A stretch of 64,000 nt of DNA from a virus (taxonomy: Duplodnaviria > Heunggongvirae > Uroviricota > Caudoviricetes), in IMG/VR virus record IMGVR_UViG_2541046997_000001, positions 35,307 through 99,306 of that record; one strand, given 5' to 3'. The notes under the pieces are model-generated. The model made no database searches, was not told the DNA's origin, and saw only the letters and a program-made list of their open reading frames with translations. This document shows, one piece after another, positions 1-9,476 of this stretch. Position 1 is the stretch's first letter. Each line of letters opens with the position of its first letter. A program made the position numbers and the translations under genes.

Positions 1-432
1 ATTATTTTGAGTACGTTTTTCTTCTCGTTTGAGTCGTTTATATTCTTCATACTCAATCCAGCCTCCAAATTTTTTCACCCAAGTAATCCATTTGTAATCA
101 ACATCAGGAAACTTATACCAAAATAATTTTCTTTTTAATAGTGCGACTGAATCTGGACATCCTTTGGTGTCAATAACTTCTTCATGTCCATCTTTATATA
201 TAATAAAAAAGTCAGCCACATACTTAATTGGCTGAACAGACTTCCCATCATGACGAAACTTTGGTTGCAATTCATATGGCTTTTGCAATTCATATTTAAC
301 CACATCACCGCTCTCCACTTTCGGGCAAAGAACGTCACGAAAGTATTTCATTTCTAATACAGAATCAAATACGATTCCATTATAGGTACGTTTGCTTTTA
401 TCTTTATCTACATTAAATTTTGATCTATTTAT
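1..432 (-). CDS. DUF1064-like PD-(D/E)XK nuclease-fold protein; runs off the window edge; probable ATA start
   Basis: Manual translation: NRSKFNVDKDKSKRTYNGIVFDSVLEMKY...ELQPKF...IKYVADFFIIYKDGHEEVIDTKG...LKRKLF; RBS GAGGTG 6 nt before ATA at 432; absent from ORF track because no stop lies in the window. Confidence 0.8.
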   Translation of the reverse strand, partial: MNRSKFNVDKDKSKRTYNGIVFDSVLEMKYFRDVLCPKVESGDVVKYELQKPYELQPKFRHDGKSVQPIKYVADFFIIYKDGHEEVIDTKGCPDSVALLKRKLFWYKFPDVDYKWITWVKKFGGWIEYEEYKRLKREEKRTQNN

Positions 433-488
433 TTTTATCACCTCTTTATATAAGAAGAGAAGTTACCACAAAGCAACCCCTCAACTTA

Positions 489-1175
489 TTATTTTGTAGA
501 TTTTCCTTCTTCATAAATTGGATTAATTTTAATAGGCAAAACGGGTAAATGCTCTTTTACATATTTGTATTTTTCTGTTCTGCCGTGATTCCCTTTTAAT
601 TCATTGTGATAGGCATTCCATAATCCGTCAAATTCCGCAACCTCATTTTCTGGAATACCTTTCATTGCAATGTATTTACTAAATCTCTGATCAATTTTAT
701 CACCAAGAAGCTCCATTGTCCCGCACATAAGGGCTTTGATTTGTTCTTTTCTTTCAACAGCACCTTCAGCTAATTTATCGATGGAACAATTTAGTTCTTG
801 TCTAATTTCTTTTGATTTTTCGCGGTCATCGATTCTGTTTTGTGCATATGTGTTTAACTGTTTTTTTTGTTCTACAAGTGCATTCTTTAGTTCAAGAGCA
901 AATTCTTCAATTTCTTGTCTGATTTCCTCATCATGTTTGTCAGAGCGAATACGATCTTCTTCTTGTTTTTCTTGTAATTTTGTGAGATTCTCAGACGTTT
1001 TTACTAATAATTCATGCTCTTCGCGTCTCTGTCTAATGTGAGTAAATTCAATTCCAAATGTATTTCCAATTTTAACAGCTAATTCATACATAAATACAAG
1101 TGCCAATCCGGCGATTATTAAGCCCAAAGTAAAAGCAACTAAATCCATTTCGAAGAATTTTTCAACATATTCCAT
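489..1175 (-). CDS. Membrane-anchored coiled-coil protein next to the holin (lysis accessory?)
   Basis: N-terminal TM helix LVAFTLGLIIAGLALVFMY followed by a charged coiled coil. Confidence 0.6.
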   Translation of the reverse strand: MEYVEKFFEMDLVAFTLGLIIAGLALVFMYELAVKIGNTFGIEFTHIRQRREEHELLVKTSENLTKLQEKQEEDRIRSDKHDEEIRQEIEEFALELKNALVEQKKQLNTYAQNRIDDREKSKEIRQELNCSIDKLAEGAVERKEQIKALMCGTMELLGDKIDQRFSKYIAMKGIPENEVAEFDGLWNAYHNELKGNHGRTEKYKYVKEHLPVLPIKINPIYEEGKSTK

Positions 1176-1189
1176 GATTTAGTTCCTTT

Positions 1190-1486
1190 CTATTTTTTAG
1201 CATCAACCTCTTTACTCTTTGGAGTATTATACGTCATCGCAATTTTACTATCAGAGAAACCTTTAGTTGTTGGGTCTGTGATAGCATTAAAGAACGACAC
1301 TGCAGCAATTAATACTACATATGGATTACTGATAGCATCAAGAAATGTTTGCCAGACCATACTCCATGTTGTCAGATCAGAAGCCTGTAAGCCAAAATAC
1401 CCAAGTACAGGTGCAACAACAGACAAAATAACTTGAGCAATAAATAAAATATTTTCTTTATTAAATCTTACTTTCCAGTTGATCAT
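1190..1486 (-). CDS. Phage holin, phiLC3-like
   Basis: MINWKVRF...NPYVV...FFNAITDPTTKGFSDS signature; RBS AAAGGA before ATG at 1486. Confidence 0.9.
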   Translation of the reverse strand: MINWKVRFNKENILFIAQVILSVVAPVLGYFGLQASDLTTWSMVWQTFLDAISNPYVVLIAAVSFFNAITDPTTKGFSDSKIAMTYNTPKSKEVDAKK

Positions 1487-1610
1487 AAGTATTATCCTTT
1501 CCAAAAATAGGAGAGCGGTAGTCCTTTAATACTATTGTCAATTTACTGTGTGAAACCAACTCAAAAATATGACATCCACTTTTATATTCATTATCTTGAA
1601 TAACCTATAT

Positions 1611-1796
1611 TTAATTTGTATATTTATCCCAGAACTCAGATAAAGCAACTCCAAGTTCTTTTGTTTTTTTATATTTCCATACAGTCACACCGTTTTCTGT
1701 CTTTACAAATGTGTATCTAATACCACATTCCGATAAAAAACATACTTCTTGTGAAGAATCAGTACGGTACTCTTTATCAAATTTTTTAATTTTCAT
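1611..1796 (-). CDS. Small DUF5659-like protein
   Basis: EVCFLSECGIRYTFVK...TVWKYKKT..L pattern shared with two other small ORFs in the window. Confidence 0.6.
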   Translation of the reverse strand: MKIKKFDKEYRTDSSQEVCFLSECGIRYTFVKTENGVTVWKYKKTKELGVALSEFWDKYTN

Positions 1797-1896
1797 CACT
1801 CCAAACTTTTGTTGATGGAGTAAAAAAATGGGGTAAATACCAGTGATAGATATTTACCCCATACATATACACACTAAATATCTATCACTCTTATTG

Positions 1897-2238
1897 TTAT
1901 GAATTTGCCATGATCCCTTGTTTTTTCAATTCGGCAAGAATTGCATTGATTTTATTCTTTAAGTCAGTCGTTGTTTCCGTAGATAGGTCTTGGATCAAAG
2001 CCATTTGCTTTACTCCTCCGATAGTTGTTTTATTGGCTGCCGGAAGTGTATATTTATTTGCCTGTGATGCAATACCATCAAGCTTTGATTGATCTTCTTT
2101 GGATATAAACCCATCTTTGGAACCTGCAACAGCATTTACCGCCTTGGCATCTAGTGCAGCTATACCATTTTCGATATTATTCATAGCATCCTGAGTAATA
2201 ACTTCATCATTACTCCATGTTTTTTTCGAATAAGCCAT
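1897..2238 (-). CDS. Head-fibre-like virion protein
   Basis: YTLPAANKTTIGGVK fibre motif; AYSKKTW...MNNIENGI N-terminus. Confidence 0.55.
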   Translation of the reverse strand: MAYSKKTWSNDEVITQDAMNNIENGIAALDAKAVNAVAGSKDGFISKEDQSKLDGIASQANKYTLPAANKTTIGGVKQMALIQDLSTETTTDLKNKINAILAELKKQGIMANS

Positions 2239-2320
2239 TTTACTCACATCCTTTATTCTGATTTACCAACTTTTGCCTTACCGATTTTACCCCTACCTAT
2301 TAAGGCATTATCAGCAGGGG

Positions 2321-3085
2321 TTACGGTTCCCCCACTGATTCATCCGGAAGAAGGGTTAAATCAAGCATATTTCCATCATCATCAACCATCATATCGCAAG
2401 TTAATGTTACTGTACCCGGGTCGCCTGAGTTTGCAAAAGAAAGAGACATATTTGCCTGTGGGATAACTTTGTATGCTTTGAAAAGATAAGGCATAATATC
2501 TTCATCTGTCGTCTTCATATATGTATCGCCATAAACTGTAAATGCTTTCGGGAAATCAGTAGATTTGATGTTGATATTATATACGTCTGATCTTTCTGTA
2601 AGATAGAATACGATAACTTCATTTCCAACTTCTCCAGATTCTAATGTAATTTCTTGTGAAGTTACACTAGTCACTTTTAATTCTGTTTCTAAATTTGTGT
2701 CATCAGCAGAGTAGACCCAAACCGTCTCCTTCTTAAGAGTTGCTTTCTTATTTGAAACATTTACCTTATTAGATGCTTCAATTTTACATTTTTCTCTTTG
2801 CATAATGCTTGCAGTCTTAGAAGCCTTACCACCTGTCATCAGTTCCCAAAGTTTAGGTGTCTGAATCTGTGTCTCAATTGTAAGTGTACCAGCTCTTTCT
2901 CCAGAGAAAGTAATTTTCTTTGGATGACCTTTTCCACCGTAAGCAAACACGTTTTCACCAGTTAATTCCTGACTAGATGTGTTAGCATAATCACAGAAAA
3001 GGAAAGGTTTCTGTGTTTTATAATCCACAAATACTAAATCGCATACCTCACGGTTAGCCATTTGTTTACCAAAAATATTAGCCAT
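2321..3085 (-). CDS. Major tail (tube) protein
   Basis: Position after neck genes; strong RBS AGGAGG; ANTSSQELTGENVFAYGGKG tube-like sequence. Confidence 0.7.
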   Translation of the reverse strand: MANIFGKQMANREVCDLVFVDYKTQKPFLFCDYANTSSQELTGENVFAYGGKGHPKKITFSGERAGTLTIETQIQTPKLWELMTGGKASKTASIMQREKCKIEASNKVNVSNKKATLKKETVWVYSADDTNLETELKVTSVTSQEITLESGEVGNEVIVFYLTERSDVYNINIKSTDFPKAFTVYGDTYMKTTDEDIMPYLFKAYKVIPQANMSLSFANSGDPGTVTLTCDMMVDDDGNMLDLTLLPDESVGEP

Positions 3086-3142
3086 TGTGTATTACCTCCT
3101 AATCTAAGTTTTGTAATAAAAAAACACTGACTGTTCAGTGTT

Positions 3143-3931
3143 TTAATCTTTTTCATATATATTTGAACTCCAAGTGCCAAACTTGAATTTCTTTTCTTTA
3201 TCTCCCCACACAGCCACTTGTGTAGAAAATACATCATATTGATCTATGATTTGCAGCCGTTCAAAAGTATCAAATAATTGAAAGACTGTAATATTCCATA
3301 TAGTATCCCAATTTAAATTATTACTTTTAGAAGCAACGGATGAAATAATGTTAGGGAGCGTTAATGAAGAATTTCCGCCAGTCTTCTTATTGAATTTTTT
3401 TCGACCTTTATGGATTTTTAAATAATTCCTCAGTCCGCGTTTGTTTTTTACCTTGCTTAAATCATCAACTTCATTTTCATCTTTTGTGATGTGTACACGC
3501 TGCAAAATGATGTCTACAGTTTCTGAATAGTTATCTTTACTAATCATTCCTGTTACGAAATATTCAGGTTCTTTCCCAGGTTCTACCTGTAAAGTAGACA
3601 TTGAAATGAATGCTTCATATTCTTCGTACCATTTAAAATTTTCCACAAAGAAAAAATTCAAAGCAGCACAAATAATATCACGAAAGTTTGAATCCAAAAG
3701 AAGCAAATCATATTTCGTAGTGGCTATCATTTCTTTGATTTCATCATTACTGTTTTCATTTAAATTATCATAATAATCAATGGGTTTCATTTTCAGAAAT
3801 GATACATATTGTGCATATGTAAAGTATGATATCTCCGCAATTTCTTTTAGTTTTGGAGATTTGATATGACCTATTTTATATAATTCAAGTGGGAGAGGAG
3901 AGATTAAATCGAAATAATCTAACTTCATCAT
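3143..3931 (-). CDS. Virion morphogenesis protein (neck/tail region), function unknown
   Basis: ORF track, 262 aa, co-oriented in the structural operon. Confidence 0.6.
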   Translation of the reverse strand: MMKLDYFDLISPLPLELYKIGHIKSPKLKEIAEISYFTYAQYVSFLKMKPIDYYDNLNENSNDEIKEMIATTKYDLLLLDSNFRDIICAALNFFFVENFKWYEEYEAFISMSTLQVEPGKEPEYFVTGMISKDNYSETVDIILQRVHITKDENEVDDLSKVKNKRGLRNYLKIHKGRKKFNKKTGGNSSLTLPNIISSVASKSNNLNWDTIWNITVFQLFDTFERLQIIDQYDVFSTQVAVWGDKEKKFKFGTWSSNIYEKD

Positions 3932-4410
3932 TATACCTTCTTGAATTTAAAATCTGATGTTTCAAATGTTAATTGTCTTCCATAATATTTATTATTTGGA
4001 AAATAATAATTAACCGATTTTAAAGTTAATTCTCCTATTCCATATTTATTAGGTTCTTGCAGTTGACGTTCAACCATATCTGCCAAAATATCGGCTCTGG
4101 TTCCTAGATATCCGTCTTTATGATATTCCATACAATCTTTATGACAATATGCATATACAGTTACATACATAGTCTTCATTGTACGAGATTGATTTGAAAA
4201 ATTGACTTCTACACATAAATACGGAAGCACCTTTATTTGAGTATCGTCAATATATAAATATGGGAAAATTTGAGAATAAACCAAGTTGTCCACATCATCA
4301 GAAGTGTAATTTTCTCCTAATAATAACTCACATATATCAGGAGAATCTAAGAAGGATAAAAGAAGATTCGTTTTAAAAACACCAATATCTTTTAAAATTG
4401 TTTTACTCAT
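3931..4410 (-). CDS. Putative tail terminator/completion protein
   Basis: 159 aa, located between neck and tail tube genes. Confidence 0.5.
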   Translation of the reverse strand: MSKTILKDIGVFKTNLLLSFLDSPDICELLLGENYTSDDVDNLVYSQIFPYLYIDDTQIKVLPYLCVEVNFSNQSRTMKTMYVTVYAYCHKDCMEYHKDGYLGTRADILADMVERQLQEPNKYGIGELTLKSVNYYFPNNKYYGRQLTFETSDFKFKKV

Positions 4411-4422
4411 AAATCCCCCTTG

Positions 4423-5463
4423 CTAAAATAGATTACATATTTCTATTTTCTTTTCTATGATAATCACATTGTTTATAACTATCTGTAATGTTATGTCTTT
4501 CCCAACAGAATTTGAATCAATTACTTTAATATCAATAGTTGATCCAGAAATAGAAGTATCTAATTTTGTATCTGATTCTATTTTCCAGTTAAATTCTGTA
4601 TATTCGAATTCATTCGTTTTATTTTTATCTCTATAGAATTTAACTTGGTATGATTTTTTTCTATTTAATTTAATGGAATCGCTTCCTATTATATTTGCGA
4701 AAATAATAAATTCTGGTTTATCTGTTTGTTCAGGCAAAACCTGACTATCTACATCTATATAATCACAAATTCTCAATTCTCTATTATCCGTTTGCAGATT
4801 CAATTCAGTTTTATCTGCAATGAAGCTTAAAATACTTCCATGATATTCATCGCCATAATCATATAAAACATCATCGCTTCTAGTTAATTTAAAAACTTTG
4901 TCCGGATTTATCTTTTTTCTATCAATAAATACACGTTTACGATCAAGATTCAAACATTCTTCATCTCCTGGAAGCTTTATAGTGTATGTATTAGAAGATA
5001 AGGCAATTGTAAAATTACCATTTTCTCCGACATCATATTTTGATGCAGAAACTGCATTACACCAACGTTCAATTATCTCACCAGAAGAGTTTTGCCATCT
5101 TAATAAATATTGGCATAGTACCATTGTTGCTTTTTCGTAAATTCCGTTATTACCGGGATACCCGTCTATAAGCCAGTATCGATTTTCAAAAAAGATATAC
5201 ATGCCAGCCTTAACAGTTCCGATTTGAAATAAAACTGTCCTTTCAAGAGATTTCAATTGTGTATTTGCAGTGTTGCCCTGAATAATACATCTAATTTGTT
5301 TTGAAATGCTTAAATCACTGTTATAAAGAATAACAGAAGTGGCAATGTCGGTTTCTAATGCTTCTGCAAATGCGTCATCTTTATTTTCTAAAAAAGCATC
5401 ATTTTCATATCCACCTGTTACGTTTGGACGAGTGTCTTGATTTAATAAATACCAATCTTGCAT
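4423..5463 (-). CDS. Putative head-tail connector/stopper with C-terminal Ig-like domain
   Basis: 346 aa; YIFFENRYWLI...CQYLLRWQNSSG pattern; beta-rich C-terminus. Confidence 0.5.
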   Translation of the reverse strand: MQDWYLLNQDTRPNVTGGYENDAFLENKDDAFAEALETDIATSVILYNSDLSISKQIRCIIQGNTANTQLKSLERTVLFQIGTVKAGMYIFFENRYWLIDGYPGNNGIYEKATMVLCQYLLRWQNSSGEIIERWCNAVSASKYDVGENGNFTIALSSNTYTIKLPGDEECLNLDRKRVFIDRKKINPDKVFKLTRSDDVLYDYGDEYHGSILSFIADKTELNLQTDNRELRICDYIDVDSQVLPEQTDKPEFIIFANIIGSDSIKLNRKKSYQVKFYRDKNKTNEFEYTEFNWKIESDTKLDTSISGSTIDIKVIDSNSVGKDITLQIVINNVIIIEKKIEICNLF

Positions 5464-5472
5464 AACACCCTC

Positions 5473-5865
5473 CTAAAGAAAAGCAGTTACTTTCTGATTT
5501 CCAACCATTGTGTTTGCCTTTTCAGTGATATAATCCAATTCCGCTTTTGTTGCAGTTTTAGAACCGTTTGAACCATCAATTCCTAAATCTTTACCAGTTA
5601 TACTAATACGTTTATTGACTTTTGAATATTGACGTTCTTGATAAGACTGTTTCATAAATTCTGCAAGTGTATCGATTGTATATCGATCAAGCCTTGTATC
5701 GAATTGATTCAGTTCTACATCAAAATTCAAATCGCTTAATTCTGCTGAATATCTTCCAACAGCCTTTTTAAACCATTCCATTTCCAGTGATACAGGCAAT
5801 ACAGTTTTATCTGCAAAAGAAGATTCAAATGATTGTATCACTTCGTTGGCGGTTGTATTACCCAT
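5473..5865 (-). CDS. Putative head-tail adaptor
   Basis: 130 aa, position downstream of capsid. Confidence 0.45.
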   Translation of the reverse strand: MGNTTANEVIQSFESSFADKTVLPVSLEMEWFKKAVGRYSAELSDLNFDVELNQFDTRLDRYTIDTLAEFMKQSYQERQYSKVNKRISITGKDLGIDGSNGSKTATKAELDYITEKANTMVGNQKVTAFL

Positions 5866-5877
5866 TTAAATTCACCT

Positions 5878-6363
5878 CTAAATCTTATATCCAACATAAT
5901 TTTCAACAACTCTGATTTTTTCAAAATCGTTAAACTTCTCTTTTTTAATAATTTCAAGAATTGCAATTTCCTCAGCTCTTGTAGCTACTAATTCCTGCAA
6001 TTTGCTTTCAAAAGTCTTCATAGTTTTATATTCAAATAACTTTTTGACCGCATCTGTAGTAAGTACAGCCTGCGTCATAGTGCCGTCCTCACTATCAAAA
6101 TCAACCTCAACTCTTGTAGGCTTATCATCAACATAGAGCGTTGCATGAGAACCTCTATCGTCAATACCTGTCAGTAAACGGTTTCCGTTCTGAATCTGTG
6201 CGATAATTTCGCTTCTCTGAAGACGTACGGTTCCATTTGGCGGAATAGTAACATCTCCATTTGTTTCAATTCTCTTAAATCCTGTTGTCCAGTTTGCGAT
6301 ACTTCTAACAGTTACTTTCTGTTCAAGATTTAATTCTTCAACTGTATTTTTTTCTTCAGCCAT
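5878..6363 (-). CDS. Head completion/unknown structural protein
   Basis: 161 aa with RBS GGAGG. Confidence 0.5.
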   Translation of the reverse strand: MAEEKNTVEELNLEQKVTVRSIANWTTGFKRIETNGDVTIPPNGTVRLQRSEIIAQIQNGNRLLTGIDDRGSHATLYVDDKPTRVEVDFDSEDGTMTQAVLTTDAVKKLFEYKTMKTFESKLQELVATRAEEIAILEIIKKEKFNDFEKIRVVENYVGYKI

Positions 6364-6408
6364 TTTATTTCCTCCGTAACAATTATTGTATTTTTATCAA
6401 CTAATTAT

Positions 6409-6588
6409 TTAAACGGCATGGATAACAGTTTTATATAATGCAATTACTTTATCGAGCCGTTCTGACTTTTTAAATGTGTGATATGGCATACCATTTTTCT
6501 TGTTTACAGATTTTGATACATAAGGAATGTCATATGCCATAATGAAGTGTGATAATTTTTTTGAATAACAATAGAAATATTCATTCAT
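6409..6588 (-). CDS. Small DUF5659-like protein (missed by ORF track, 59 aa)
   Basis: Manual translation MNEYFYCYSKKLSHFIMAYDIPYVSKSVNKKNGMPYHTFKKSERLDKVIALYKTVIHAV; RBS GGAGAG. Confidence 0.75.
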   Translation of the reverse strand: MNEYFYCYSKKLSHFIMAYDIPYVSKSVNKKNGMPYHTFKKSERLDKVIALYKTVIHAV

Positions 6589-6654
6589 GTTATTGCTCTC
6601 TCCTTCAAACTAAAATAAGAGACAGATTAAACTGCCTCTTATTATTCAAATATT

Positions 6655-7761
6655 TTATTTTCCAAGAGAATCGAGGTTCTGGTCGTGAAGCATACCGATT
6701 TCATATTCTCTTCCAGGGACTAATAATGTTCCAAACTCCATGTCAAAACGGGAAAGTTGCATACCAGTTGTAACATCATTTCCAGAGAATGTTGTCAGTC
6801 CACCTCTTGTTACCATATGGATCGGAGACTGTCCTCCCTGTGGCATTACAAATGCAAGACCTGCCGGCAACATTGTTTCAAAGTTTGTACCATCTTTGTT
6901 CAGTGTTGTTAAGTCATATGGGTTTGGAATTTCTGCAAGAGTAGCACCATTATATACACCCATCAGTCCTGTATTATGAATTTCATCCATAATTGTACGA
7001 GAGATTCCGTTTACAGTCGGTGTTGTTCCCTCATATCCAGCGAATCCATTGAACTGTGCGATCATAGCGTAATCACCAGAGATTGTTGGTTTACCAAAAC
7101 GTCTAACATTTGCGATAACACCATCAACACCTGTCTTTGTAAGACCAGCTCCCTCGAAGAAATATTTCACACCTTTCGCATTTTTAATCGCTTTGTATGT
7201 TTCATCTACTACATATTTAGCAGCTTTATTTCTAATATCTGTACGAACCTGTTCCTGAAGCTCGTTCTCATCACTCATATCTCCAAGTGCTGCTTTTCTG
7301 TAGTCAACTGCATAACCACCAGAAATAGTAGTTGTTGCAATCGGTACACGTCTTTTTCTGATAGTCGGGAATTTTACATCCTGTCCAGCAGCCTGGATTT
7401 CAGCACCAGTATTTACGTACTCTGTGATTTCTACTTCACAAGACTCGTTATATCCGATCGGTTTGTAATTTCCGTAAATTCCAAGTAACTTGATTTCCTG
7501 CATCAACACTGGCTGCATTTTAAAACGTCTCAGTTCATTGATTTCAGAAATAGCAACTGGATCATTTGTTGCAGCTCTGCTATTTAACTCTTTAATATAT
7601 TTAGCTGCAGCATCAGCTGTATTTTTGTTATTAAATTTAGGCAGTTCTCTACCATCTGTCATAGCAGAGAATACTTCTACAACTGGGGAATTAGCATTAA
7701 TTTTCCCACTTACAAAAGAAGCATCTCTACGTTCATTATTTAATTCAAATGTATAACTCAT
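6655..7761 (-). CDS. Major capsid protein
   Basis: 368 aa after protease and decoration genes; RBS GGGAGA before ATG at 7761. Confidence 0.8.
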   Translation of the reverse strand: MSYTFELNNERRDASFVSGKINANSPVVEVFSAMTDGRELPKFNNKNTADAAAKYIKELNSRAATNDPVAISEINELRRFKMQPVLMQEIKLLGIYGNYKPIGYNESCEVEITEYVNTGAEIQAAGQDVKFPTIRKRRVPIATTTISGGYAVDYRKAALGDMSDENELQEQVRTDIRNKAAKYVVDETYKAIKNAKGVKYFFEGAGLTKTGVDGVIANVRRFGKPTISGDYAMIAQFNGFAGYEGTTPTVNGISRTIMDEIHNTGLMGVYNGATLAEIPNPYDLTTLNKDGTNFETMLPAGLAFVMPQGGQSPIHMVTRGGLTTFSGNDVTTGMQLSRFDMEFGTLLVPGREYEIGMLHDQNLDSLGK

Positions 7762-7782
7762 ATGTATTTTATCTCCCTTCAA

Positions 7783-8202
7783 TTAGTCTTGTTTTGTAAC
7801 AACTTTGGCAACAAGACCAATTTTGTTTCCAATAATCTCAGTTACTTCAAAATAAGGAGCTACACTCGCACCTGTAATTAATTTTCCTGTTGCATCAGAT
7901 TTCAGTTTATTTCCTTTTGCAAAAGTTGCTGGTAACTGAGCACCGTATACTTCGATTTCCTGTCCCTCAAGTTTTTCAAAGTCTACGACTCTTACATGAG
8001 ATCCAGCAGTGATTTTATATTCTGACATTCCCATATCATCTCCAACTTCAACCTGCATAATTGCCTGTTTTGCATCTGCCTTTGGTGCAAATTTTCCTGT
8101 TGTAACTGAACCAAAATCTCCATTCAGAGCATCTTTATCAATGGTTGCGTCCACAAAAGGGTATAACTTCTCGATCTGTGAGATTCTTCTAAATTTAATC
8201 AT
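7783..8202 (-). CDS. Putative capsid decoration/cement protein
   Basis: 139 aa, beta-rich, between protease and capsid. Confidence 0.6.
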   Translation of the reverse strand: MIKFRRISQIEKLYPFVDATIDKDALNGDFGSVTTGKFAPKADAKQAIMQVEVGDDMGMSEYKITAGSHVRVVDFEKLEGQEIEVYGAQLPATFAKGNKLKSDATGKLITGASVAPYFEVTEIIGNKIGLVAKVVTKQD

Positions 8203-8216
8203 TTAGTTTGTCCTCC

Positions 8217-9431
8217 TTAAAAAATATTTACTTCTTCATCGTCATCGACATATTTCTCGCTACATACTTCTGAGAAAATATCTTCGATTTTTACTTCTTC
8301 TGAATTCTGCTCAGAAATACGAGCTTCAGATTCTGCCTGTTTCTGTTTTGCAACAATATTCATGCAGATTTTAGATTTGATAGAATTGATTTCAGATGTG
8401 ACATTATTTAATTCTTCTTTTTTCTGACATGCGTTGATATTCTTTTTCAGTTCTTCAATGTCTTCTTTTGCAACTTCTTTTTCTTCGGCATTAAACTCTT
8501 TAAGAGAATTATCTAATTCAGCAAGCTTTTCAGCCACTTTAGCCTTTGCAATTTCTCTTTCTAAAAGTTCTCTTTCAGCCCAATATGTATCTCTATCGGA
8601 TTCCATTTGTTTTAATGTTGCCTGAAGCTGCTCAACAGACGCATTAAGTTCTGAAATTGTATTGTCTTTTGTTTCAATCTGCGAATTCAGATCTGCAATC
8701 TTATTGTTCAATTCAGAAACCTCATCATCATGTGTTTTCTTTTCACTATTAATTTCAGAAAGAGCAGATCTAAGAACTGTTTCAAATTCTTTCTTATCGA
8801 ATTCCATGTTTTTATTTTCCTCCTTAAGTTTTTCTTGTTTTTGTGCTACTTCAAGAATGTAACAATTTTCGTCAGCTTCCTTGACACCCAATATCGCTGT
8901 TGCCGAAAAATCAAACACTTGTGGATATCGAATTTCTTCGTTGTATCCACCGTCATAAATAATGTTTCCTCCATTCTTGCCTACAATTTCGATAGAAGAC
9001 TTAACATCGGACAATAAAATATTTTCTTTAATGTAATCACAGAAATTTTTATATCTTTGATAAAAAAGATATCCGTATCCAACAAGAACTCTTTTCATTT
9101 CTCCGTTAATTTCTAAATCTTCAATCTTAGCGTCTTCAATAACTCCGCAACATTCAGAGTTATTAAATAATGGTTCAGATTTTCCATCTCCAATTTCTAC
9201 AGTTTCTGTATATCCATGGTCTAAAGGAACATCTTTTAATTCTGAATCAACAAAACTTGCACAAATTGGTATTCCTTTTATTGAATCTAAATTGTTTAAA
9301 ACATATTCCTCATTCCAACTAATTCCATTTAGATTTTTTTCGTCTTTTTTATGTAATGTAAGCAGCACCATTCTGATTTTTCGCCTACCACCTTTTGATG
9401 ATTTGCTACTTAATTCGAGGATTCTATTCAT
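8217..9431 (-). CDS. Prohead protease with C-terminal coiled-coil scaffold
   Basis: N-terminal ..PLDHG..GYLFYQRY..SSIEI domain plus long acidic coiled coil. Confidence 0.75.
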   Translation of the reverse strand: MNRILELSSKSSKGGRRKIRMVLLTLHKKDEKNLNGISWNEEYVLNNLDSIKGIPICASFVDSELKDVPLDHGYTETVEIGDGKSEPLFNNSECCGVIEDAKIEDLEINGEMKRVLVGYGYLFYQRYKNFCDYIKENILLSDVKSSIEIVGKNGGNIIYDGGYNEEIRYPQVFDFSATAILGVKEADENCYILEVAQKQEKLKEENKNMEFDKKEFETVLRSALSEINSEKKTHDDEVSELNNKIADLNSQIETKDNTISELNASVEQLQATLKQMESDRDTYWAERELLEREIAKAKVAEKLAELDNSLKEFNAEEKEVAKEDIEELKKNINACQKKEELNNVTSEINSIKSKICMNIVAKQKQAESEARISEQNSEEVKIEDIFSEVCSEKYVDDDEEVNIF

Positions 9432-9476
9432 CGTTTTATCCTCCTTTGTTGTTATATAAAAAAAGAAAGCAAGGTA

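Noticed and set aside
135-338. 67-aa ORF in the track
   Set aside because: Shadow frame of the DUF1064-like gene (1-432).
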